Assembly (NCBI GenBank): GCA_012295275.1
Contig: CM022670.1
Location: 22,878,001-22,942,000, forward strand
Reading direction: 5' to 3'
Source: Chrysomallon squamiferum
Lineage: Eukaryota > Animalia > Mollusca
DNA length: 64,000 nt
This document shows, in pieces, positions 1-11,407 of the stretch (the first letter of the stretch is position 1; every line of letters begins with the position of its first letter). The position numbers were made by a program, and so were the translations under genes. The notes beneath the pieces were generated by a model, which saw only the letters and a program-made list of their open reading frames with translations, ran no database searches and was not told the DNA's origin.

Positions 1-28
1 CAGGAGTTACGTTCTCATCTCAGAAAAG
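1..28 (+). CDS. SZT2: SZT2 exon, 5'-truncated by window (QELRSHLRK)
   Basis: Open frame ending AAA G|GTCAGG; its phase 1 matches the next exon (G+AC=Asp). Confidence 0.7.
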
Positions 29-2315
29 GTCAGGTTATGCATTTGTTGCAGCCATTTTCTCTTTTTTTTTTTTTTTTTTTTTTAAATAATTTATTGTGTT
101 TGTAGTAATATGAAAGTAAAAAAAAAGGTTTTTTTTCTATTTTGTTTATATTTTTTTTTTAAATAATTTATTATAGTACTATGAAATTAAAAAAAAGTGT
201 TTTAATACTGTTAAAACTATTAAACAATGAAATTAAAAATACAAAATAATAATAATAATAATTTACTTTTCTTATTGTTTAAAAAAATAATTTTGGGAAA
301 AGAAAATAATAAATCTTAATAATAAAACATCAAATATATATTTTTGGCTACACTTGTTTTAAAATTTATCTGTATAAAAGTTTATATTAGATAATAATTG
401 CAAATAGAAAGCTTTTAATATTTAAAAAAAAAAAAAAATATTTAAATGTTTTTTCAAATTACAGACACAGAAAGACTTTTCAGACTTCAACAACTTTACT
501 TTGCTTGGCTGAGGAAAAACAATTCACCAGTCTCTGTAAGTACAAATTCTCTTTTCTTTACAATGATTTAGCAATAACATTTTATTGTCATCTTTATAAC
601 GAACAATGATAGACCACCAAAATCAATAAAATAATAATTTGGAAATATAAGAAAGTGTATAGATAATTCACTGAAACCAACACAATTTTTTTGAAAATAT
701 TTGAATTGTACATATATTATTTTATTGCCATAATTTATAATGAACTGTGACTAGATTGTTCAAAACAACAACAAAATGATAAGTATAAAGTACCACAGGC
801 ACATTTTAAAGAGTTTGAGATTGTTTTTCTCGTTGCTGTTTTTACAGGAAGAGCATGTGCATCTGCTCAAACAGTCATCACGTTTGTTTCACTACTGCGT
901 GACTCCGCTGCTGTTCAGTCCGCAGTGGCGACAGAGAGTCATAGAGAAAACCATGGACTGCACACACCCCAAACACGACCCCGCGGTCACTGTGACTCCA
1001 CCCCCTGCAGAAAGTTCAAAATCTGTACGTTTAACTCTATTACCAAGACTTAATTTTCACTTTTATTTAATAAGAAACAAGACAATTTGGTAATAAAATT
1101 GTTAAATTGAAATTGATTCTGCAATTTAAATGAAATAAATTTTTGTAGTAAATAGAAGATTTTTATACAATTTTAATTAAAATGAAATATTTCTGTTTAA
1201 ATAGAATAGTTGTTTTTACAAATATTCTGATGATGTAGTATTATTTGACAGTTTATTTAATAAGTCACAGGAATGTTTAATATTAAAACTGTTAAATAAA
1301 ATTAAATAGTTCTATTTAAATAAAATAGTTTCTGTGGTAAATAATAAAATATTTTACAAACTTTTTGAAACCATAGTATCATTAGCACATTCATTTAGTT
1401 AGTTACAAGATTGTTTGATATTAAAACTTAAATATTTTGATTTAAATGACATTAGTTTTTGGTGATAAATAGTAAATTTTATAAGCATTCTGAAACCACA
1501 TTATAATCTGTCTTTGTGATGAACATGACTTCTATATCAGTTTCTCACAAAAGGAAAATTTTTAATTTAAAAAATCCTTTAGAATTGGAAAGGTTATCAC
1601 AAATTCCTTTAGTTATAAAATAAACATTAAAAAAAAAAAAAATTCATTTCTGCTGTTTATGAAAACTGTTTACAGTGTTGGTCAAAATAATACCTTTTTG
1701 GGGGGTACATGTAAGAATTAGTTGGGTTTTTTTTGTCCAGATTTGATCCTTCAGAAATAATTAAATCTGTAACTTGGTATAATAATTATGTATTTAATTA
1801 TGTCTTTATATTTATTTATCAGTGAACTGATTAAAAGTATTAAATTTATGTTCTAGTTAATAATTCTTTAAAAGTAGGTGTATGAAATTATGTTTTTGAA
1901 AAATGTATTTATTTAATGATTTGTTTTGTTGTTTTATTTTGAGGGGAGGGTTTTGTTGGTGGAGGATTTTAGGTATATAGGTATTTTTTTTTATTTTTTT
2001 TTTAAATTTTTTTTTTTAAAGTATTTTAAAAATTATTATTGTTGCTGTTACTGTTTAATGGTTATATATTTATTTATTTATTTTATTTTATTTTATTTTT
2101 TTTTTATTTTAATTTATTTTGGTTTTGGGGTTTTTTTCCTTTTGACATAGTTTATAATGTTTTTTGGTTTGTAATGTTTCAGTGGAGTCCAAAACTGACT
2201 ATACCAGTCATACACTCTCTTAGTGAAGTGAGTTCAGTGTTCACCACAATACTCACACCAGCTAATCTCCCATTTTGTTTTTGTTACAGTTATTTTTGTT
2301 ATTAAAATCATTTTA

Positions 2316-2356
<41 letters not shown>

Positions 2357-2595
2357 TCACTAATTATGTTATTTTGCAGTGTGTTTTTTTTATTTTTATA
2401 TAACATCTTTTGTGGTTAGTTTTGAATCTTTCAAATAACTAGTGATAGGTATGTGTTAGTAAATACTGCTAGTTCTTACAGATTTTATTTGGTACAGTTT
2501 TAATATTTATTTTTATTAATTAATTAATTATTTATATTTTATTTTTTAAGTTTTTTTAAAAGTTTTCATTATTTTTTGTTTATTATCTTATTATA

Positions 2596-2629
<34 letters not shown>

Positions 2630-2692
2630 TTTAAGTTTTCTTTTTTTAATAATTAATAATAATAACAATTAAAATTGTTTATTATTATTATT

Positions 2693-2736
<44 letters not shown>

Positions 2737-3434
2737 CATCATCATCATCATCATCATCATCATTATCATAACCACAAAAATATCAACAGTATTTAAATCA
2801 TTTTTGAAAAATAACAACAATACGCATGATCAGTATTATATCATTATTATTATAACAGCATGTTACCCAAATCAGTATTAGTGAAAGTTAACAATCAGTA
2901 CTCGTCTTAATGATAATTTGAGAGAATTTGAAATAACTGATGTTTAAAAAAACAAGTGATCACTGAGGACATTTGGACGTTATTTCAGCGTTCACGTCAC
3001 AGTTCTGGGGCCTCTGTTGCCAGTCTGCGAAATCGCCGCTCGGACAGTCAGGATCGCAGGAAGGCGTCCATCACACCTCAAGACTCGCCTGAAGTCCGAC
3101 ACAGGGCCAGTCAGGAAGATAACTGGCACATCGAGCTCCGCAGCAGTTTCATAAACCAGTATCGAAGTTACCTCGAAGTGCTCGGCTTCGTCGTCATCAC
3201 CATGCAAGAGGGGAGTCGCAAAAGGTAGATTTGCGTTCAGATGCAAAAAATTATTAATTTTTGATGTATGGTTGACTTGACTTGTCAGTTCAGATAGTCG
3301 TTGAAGGTGCAGAGAGAAATGTCTCATAAAATTATTCAAATGAATTGTTCTGAATACATGAAATATTTGTTTTCTTGTTTTAGATTTGTGTCCTTGTCTG
3401 CGTCTGTCTCTGCCTCGCCTCTCAGCCTCACCCT

Positions 3435-3508
<74 letters not shown>

Positions 3509-6500
3509 GTCTCTCAAGTTTTGTAATTTGTTAATTACAGATACAGTAACAGTAAATCAGTGTCGCCTACTGGAGTCCCTCTGATTGAGGACAAACCATC
3601 AATCAAATACTCTCTGCAGAAAACATTTACCAGTGGCATCATGTTTGTGGAGATTGGCTTCCGCGAGGAGTATTTCTGTATAAAGATGTTTGTTCTCACC
3701 TGTTCTCAGATTGGAATAACTGTCAACCAGCAGGTAACACTCTTTGACTTAGTAAAATAAATATTTTTATTTTTTATGCAAAAGATATGAATATTAAATA
3801 TTATATTACTATTTGTTATATTAAAGAATAGATACAACTCTTTTATTAAGTAATAAATTTAAAAACAAAACCAAAAAAACAATGTAAAAATTTTATTTTG
3901 AAAATCATTAGAAAATTACAGCGATTTCACATATTTTATATACTGTTTCACATAAGTAGCAATTTAAAAAATTTCAGAAGATGATAACAAAATTTAAAAA
4001 TTTAGATTAATAATGATGATTTTTTCTGGCCAGATGAACCTGCTGTTTGTGGACGAGTGTGAGAAATGCAAGGACCTCATCCACGTGCATTCGTTTGCTC
4101 ACGACTTTCACCTGCGCCTCATTCAGATGTACCTGCAGGGCCAGCACTGTGTTCTTAGTCCATGTTTTCACCTCACCCACTTTCTACAGGACTTCGCCCG
4201 AGTCTACCCCTACCCACCTGCCTACTCGAGGAACTGGCTACAGCAAGGTGACATCTATACATTTTTTTAAATATGTCTTGGTGGGGTTTTTTTGTTTTGA
4301 TTTTTGGGGGCTTTTTTGGAGGAGAATAGTACAAAATCTTATTAGTTATCCTCCAAATTTCATTTTTTTTTTTAAATATTACCTTCATGTTATAATGAAG
4401 TGAATTTTGTAACACAATGTGGGATTTTTTGTGTTTCTAGTTTTTTATTTTTTTTAGTATATATATAAATGTAAGGAAATTTTATAAGTTATTTAATGTT
4501 AATGTAAAGACATTTGCTTCAGTTAATTTATTTAGAGGATCTTTTCATGTGTAACGTTTATTTTAAAAGTTCAATAGTGTTTTATCCAAAACATTGCCAC
4601 CTTTATTAAAATTAATTTATTTTGAAGAAATGTCTTCATTCAGACAATTTTCATACTCATATAAATATATAAATTAGATCTGCAGCCTGTATATCAAATT
4701 TGCATAAACATTACATTCCAGAACACTCAATTTACTTTAATATCTCAAACATATCTTCTGTATAGCCTTAGCTAAACCTCCAAAAGAAATTCTGGTTTTT
4801 TTTTTTTTAAATAATAAAATAAGGAAAAAGGAAAGATATGAATATTTTACTTATTCTTAACAGATCATTGTTAAATAATTACTAAAATTTTTCTTGATAA
4901 AAACTAAAATAACCTCTGTATATTTTTACTAAGTATTTTGCAGCTTGAATTACAAATTATTATTTTCCACATGTTCTTGTTTCTTGTATATCAATACTCA
5001 GAACAAGAAATGCAGCTATATTTAAGCGTACAGTTAACTGTATTTTGAATTAAAGTTTTACTTGTGATTTCAGAAAGTATAACTGTTCCAGACCTGCCTT
5101 GTCCCAGTAATCAGCTGTATGACTACATGTTGAAACAGATGAAGCAGAGACACATGCGAGTCATAAGAATGGTGGCCTCTGTAGACGCAGACCTAGAGCC
5201 TGTAGGTTTTTCAAATAGTGTAGATAAAATTATAAACAGACCTAGAGCCTGTAGGTTTTTCATGTAAACTAGATAAAATTATAGACAGATCTAGAGCCTG
5301 TAGGTTTTTCTTGTTGTGTAGATAAAATTGTAGACAGACCTAGAGCCTGTAGGTTTTTCATGTAATGTAGATAAAATTATAGACAGATCTAGAGCCTGTA
5401 GGTTTTTCATGTAAACTAGATAAAATTATAGACAGATCTAGAGCCTGTAGGTTTTTCTTTGTGTGTAGATAAAATTATAGACAGACCTAGAGCCTGTAGG
5501 TTTTTCATGTAATGTAGATAAAATTATAAACAGATCTAGAGCCTGTAGGTTTTTCATGTAATGTAGATAAAATTATAGACATACCTAGAGCCTGTAGGTT
5601 TTTCAAATAGTGTAGATAAAATTATAGACAGATCTAGAGCCTGTAGGTTTTTCAAATAGTGTAGATCAAATTATAGACATACCTAGAGCCTGTAGGTTTT
5701 TCAAATAGTGTAGATCAAATTATACACAGACCTAGAGCCTGTAGGTTTTTCATGTAAACTAGATAAAATTATAGACAGATCTAGAGCCTGTAGGTGTTTA
5801 ATGTAAACTAGATAAAATTATAGACAGACCTAAAGCATGCAGGTGTTTCGTGTTGTGTAGATAAAATGATAAACAGACCTAGAGCCTGTAGGTTTTTCTT
5901 GTAATGTAGATAAAATCATACACAGACCTTGAGCCTGTAGGTGTTTCCTGTTATGTAGATAAAATTATACAGACCTAGAGCCTGTAGGTGTTTTATGTAA
6001 TGTAGATAAAATCATATAGTGTTGATATAATTATACACAGAGTCTGTATTTCATGTGGTAGAGATAAAATTATACACAAACATAGAGTTTCATGTAGTGT
6101 AGTTATTCAGCATTATAAACAAAATTCTAACCTTTCCAAACTATCTTTATTTGGTTAGGACTACATTTTTGTGAAAACTGACGAATATGCATTAGTGAGT
6201 CACAAAAAGCTGCAGAAAGAGCTCCAGCCAGAAAGGGATGCAACTCATGAAGACAAAGACGAGTATGATGTAGGTTTAGTCATTACTCACGACCTGCCTA
6301 GAAGTCTTCCCTCCAGTGAGAGTGATACCATGACACTGAGACTCAAGTACTTCATCATCCTCACTCGAAGTAGAGACTGCTTCCCCATGAAAACACTAGA
6401 GAAGAAACTCGGAGAATTCAGATCAGCACTGACCAGGACATCATCACAAGGTAGATGACAGGGAACTAAAACAGTTATATTTTTAAAATAATAATTAAAA

Positions 6501-9500
6501 ATTTGTTTCTTGTTTTCAAGAGGGGCCTAATGTTTTTATAAAATAAAAAAAATAAATGATTTTATTATTTTGCTTTTTTTTAAAAGTTTCTTTGGGCCTT
6601 AAAATTCTCAGTTAAATTGTTCTTATAATGCAGCAGAATTTAATAATTTAATTAATATATTTCTGATGTTATTTAGGTTCATCAGAAATAGCTGCTGCTG
6701 GAGATGATATTTCCAAACCAGTACCAGTGAAACAGCATCTGAGTGTGAGACAAGAAGATGTGAACTATCTAGGATTCTCCTGTGTCCACCAGGCACCAAT
6801 CTATGACATGGTACAGGAAGAGGTTCAGGCTGGAAGGTTCTTTTTTATTATTTATTTGCAGTTTGATATTTCTCAGGTGTCCAGATGTAGTATATCAATG
6901 TCTTGGTACAAGAGATATTATTTTCAAAATTAGCATATAGAATGAATATTATTTCAATGCAAATAAATAAATAAATTAAAAAAGATAATAATAATAAAAA
7001 TAAAAACAATAGTATTAATAATAAATAAATAAATAAAACGATAATAATTTAAAAAATAATAATAACAAAAAATACAAAATATAATAATAATAAATAAAAA
7101 CTGAAACATAAATATTTAATGTAATATAATCTGTTTTCAAATTAGGAAGTACTGAATTGTTTGATGCCAGTAGGTAATCTTGGGATTAACTGAGGTTTTA
7201 TTATAGAAACATTATCTCAATCCCATTTGTTAAAGATTGATTCTGAACCAATATTTCTTTCCTTAACTTCCAAAATACATTACCTCATCAGTGACAGAAA
7301 GCTATTTGATTTCTATTTCTTTATTATTATTATTTTTTAAACATTAGATCATGCTTTTAAATTACAATTTTCTATTTAGAAATATTTATTTTTATGACAT
7401 TTCAAATATAATTTAAAAATTTGACATTGGTGATGGTTACCTATTTGCTTTGATATTATTATTATTTTTTTTTTTTTTCACACAATCAATTATTAATTAG
7501 GTCTTTCATTTAATTAGTTATATTCTTCTCTGTGTTTCAGAGATAAAATTCAGCAGATGGTTCAGCTGTCGAGAGTGAAATGTTCACTTGACTACTTGTG
7601 GAAGAGAATGATGAGCAAGGATGGAGATGTTCGCAAAAAGAAACGCAGTGAGACTGAGGAGAGCAGAGACGGAGTATGTATTAATTTGCTCCACCTTCTA
7701 AAAATAAACCATTGATGATGATGATGATGATGATGATGTGATGATGGTTGGGTCTAACAAAATATTTCCATAAAGCTTTCTTAAAAACTTGTAAATTATA
7801 TTGCATGACATTTTTTTCATCTTAGGGTTGGTTTGGAAATGACTGGAAAAGATAAATATGAACAGATGATAATTTTCTGGCAACTGCTGGATTTATATCA
7901 GCCCTTCCTAAACACATGTCATGCCTATGTTGCTTAGGTTTCAGGATAATTCATTCTTTGATCTTGGGGTCAAAATTATTTCTAAAAATAATTATAAAGG
8001 ATATCTTGTTTTTAATTGTTTATGTAGGCTGCAATGTCATTTTGAATCGTGTTTGTTAATGTATTCATTCATTGTATGTATTTCTTGATATTCTGCAAAA
8101 GGAAAATAAATAAAAAAAACTTTAAAGTTTTAACATCCACTCCTGTGAACTTTTCATTACTTTAACAACATTACTTAACAATGTTTCAGAGTCTGAAGTG
8201 TCTAAGTTTCGAGGAATTTCAAGAGCTCCTGAAAATGGTGAATTTAACATCACTTGGGGATATAGACTTGGAACTTGTACCCTTTACTAATATGCCATTT
8301 AAATGGTACTGTAGCTTTCATGATGTACTGATGAGCCGTTATCCAGACACTCACAGATGTTTTAGCAGTACAGACAGTCAGCAGAAATACATTGTAAGTT
8401 ACAGTCAGCAGTTATACATTGTAAGTTACAGTCAGCAGTAATACATTGTAAGTTACAGTCAGCAGAAATACATTGTAAGTTACAGTCTGCAGAAATACAT
8501 TGTGAGTTACAGTCAGCAGTAATACATTGTAAGTTACAGTCAACAGAAATACATTGTAAGTTACAGTCAGCAGAGATACATTGTGAGTTACAGTCAGCAG
8601 AAATACACTGTAAGTTATAGTCATCAGAAATATACCGTATGTTATCATTAGCAGAAATACACTGTAAGTTACAGTCAGCAGAAATACACTGTAAGTTACA
8701 GTCAGCAGAAATACACTGTAAGTTACAGTCAGCAGAGATACATTGTGAGTTACAGTCAGCAGTAATACATTGTGAGTTACAGTCAGCAGTAATACATTGT
8801 GAGTTACAGTCTGCAGAAATACATTGTAAGTTACAGTCAGCAGAAATACACTGTAAGTTACAGTCATATGTACACTGTAAGTTACAGTCAGCAAAATACA
8901 TTGTAAGTTACAGTCAGCAGAAATACATTGTAAGTTACAGTCAGCAGTAATACATTGTAAGTTACAGTCAGCAGAGATACATTGTGAGTTACAGTCAGCA
9001 GTAATACATTGTGAGTTACAGTCAGCAGTAATACATTGTGAGTTACAGTCTGCAGAAATACATTGTTAGTTACAGTCAGCAGAAATACACTGTAAGTTAC
9101 AGTCAGCAGAAATACATTGTAAGTTACAGTCAGCAGAAATACACTGTAAGTTACAGTCTGCAGAAATACACTGTAAGTTACAGTCAGCAGAAATACACTG
9201 TAAGTTATCATTAGCAGAAATACATTGTAAGTCATAGTCATCAGAAATATACCGTATGTTATCATTAGCAGAAATACACTGTAAGTTACAGTCAGCAGAA
9301 ATACATTGTAAGTTACAGTCAGCAGAAATACACTGTAAGTTATAGTCATCAGAAATATACCGTCATTAACACTGTAAGTTACAGTCAGCAGAAATACACT
9401 GTAAGTTACAGTCAGCAGAAATAACTGTAAATAGTCATCATAAATATAAAGTCAGCATTAGCAGAAATACACTGTAAGTTACAGTCAGCAGAAATACACT

Positions 9501-11376
9501 GTAAGTTACAGTCAGCAGAAATACACTGTAAGTTACAGTCAGCAGAGATACATTGTGAGTTACAGTCAGCAGTAATACATTGTGAGTTACAGTCAGCAGT
9601 AATACATTGTGAGTTACAGTCTGCAGAAATACATTGTAAGTTACAGTCAGCAGAAATACACTGTAAGTTACAGTCAGCAGAGATACATTGTGAGTTACAG
9701 TCAGCAGTAATACATTGTGAGTTACAGTCAGCAGTAATACATTGTGAGTTACAGTCTGCAGAAATACACTGTAAGTTACAGTCAGCAGAAATACACTGTA
9801 AGTTACAGTCAGCAGAAATACACTGTAAGTTACAGTCAGCAGAAATACATTGTAAGTTACAGTCAGCAGAAATACACTGTAAGTTACAGTCAGCAGAAAT
9901 ACACTGTAAGTTATAGTCATCAGAAATATACCGTACAGAAATACACTGTAAGTTACAGTCAGCAGAAATACACTGTAAGTTATAGTCATCAGAAATATAC
10001 ATGTTATCATTAGCAGAAATACACTGTAAGTTACAGTCAGCAGAAATACACTGTAAGTTACAGTCAGCAGAAATACACTCTAAGTTACAGTCAGCAGAAA
10101 TACACTGTAAGTTATAGTCATCAGAAATATACCGTATGTTATCATTAGCAGAAATACACTGTAAGTTACAGTCAGCAGAAATACACTGTAAGTTACAGTC
10201 AGCAGAAATACACTGTAAGTTACAGTCAGCAGAAATACACTGTAAGTTATAGTCATCAGAAATATACCGTATGTTATCATTAGCAGAAATACACTGTAAG
10301 TTACAGTCAGCAGAAATACACTGTAAGTTACAGTCAGCAGAAATACACTGTAAGTTATAGTCATCAGAAATACACTGTAAGTTACAGTCAGCAGAAATAC
10401 ACTGTAAGTTACAGTCAGCAGAAATATACTGTATGTTATCATTAGCAGAAATACACTGTAAGTTACAGTCAACAGAAATACACTGTAAGTTACAGTCAGC
10501 AGAAATACACTGTAAGTTACAGTCAGCAGAAATACACTGTAAGTTACAGTCAGCAGAGATATACCGTATGTTATCATTAGCAGAAATACTGTTAGCACTT
10601 AATATCATGTAAATATATTGTACATCATAAGATACTTACCGTGCATTGTCAGATATTTGTTATAAATAATTCATGTAATTAATTTCAGCTTGTGCTAAAT
10701 CCTAACTATCTGGATATGTTCATGATGATGTCACTAGATTTCCGATTAGAGAAAGCTGTGAGTACTTAGTTTTAATGTTTTCATCACTAAACTGGAATCC
10801 CTGCAAAACACACATCTAGCCATAATTCAGAAAATAAAATTTATACTTGAAAATTGTAAAATCTCCTGTTTTCGATATGTTTAGAAACTTTTTAGTTAAT
10901 AAATAAACATTTTTTTACATTCAGATGCTTTATAGCTTTAAAATAACCAAACATTTTTTATATTTAATACCTTTTTATTTATTTTTTTATTTTAAGTCAT
11001 GTCAGTGGAAGAAAAATAATATTAAAATATGGCATAAATAAAATAAAATTTTTAAATATAAAAGATGTAATTAAACTTTTTTTGCTTGTTTCTGACTATT
11101 CAAAGAAATCATGTATATAGAGATTATGTATATTTTTTTTATTAAATTTAAAAATATATTTTTTTATTAAAAGGCAGGAATGAATATTCAGTATGACTTT
11201 CTTAAAGCTTTAAAAATAAATTAAATTAAATTACTATATATTTTTATTTTAACATTGATTTCTTTATCCAATAATGTTTTTTCACCTAGTATTTATTCAT
11301 CTTCTTATATTTTAATTTATTTATTTTAATTTATTTATATATATATATATATATTTATTTATTTATTTATTTCTTT

Positions 11377-11407
<31 letters not shown>

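Noticed and set aside
1926-2881. Hydrophobic poly-F/I/M ORFs resembling membrane proteins (similar cases at 27046, 27581, 28539, 35385, 35975, 46030)
   Set aside because: They are translations of poly-T/A tracts and microsatellites.
3384-3534. Alternative SZT2 acceptor (ttttag at 3383) reading through the (CT)n tract
   Set aside because: It hits TAA at 3532-3534 and is out of frame with exon 3541. The Leu/Ser run is microsatellite translation.
5181-10597. CRISPR-like appearance of the regular arrays
   Set aside because: The units are head-to-tail with no unique spacers, there are no cas genes, and the context is eukaryotic intron.
8362-10608. Minus-strand Cys-rich ORFs (ISADCNLQC)n, up to 398 aa, superficially like beta-solenoid antifreeze or metal-binding proteins
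   Set aside because: They are shadow frames of a 27-bp intronic array whose unit derives from the SZT2 exon end. Several frames are open at once, and there is no signal peptide or unique flanking coding sequence.
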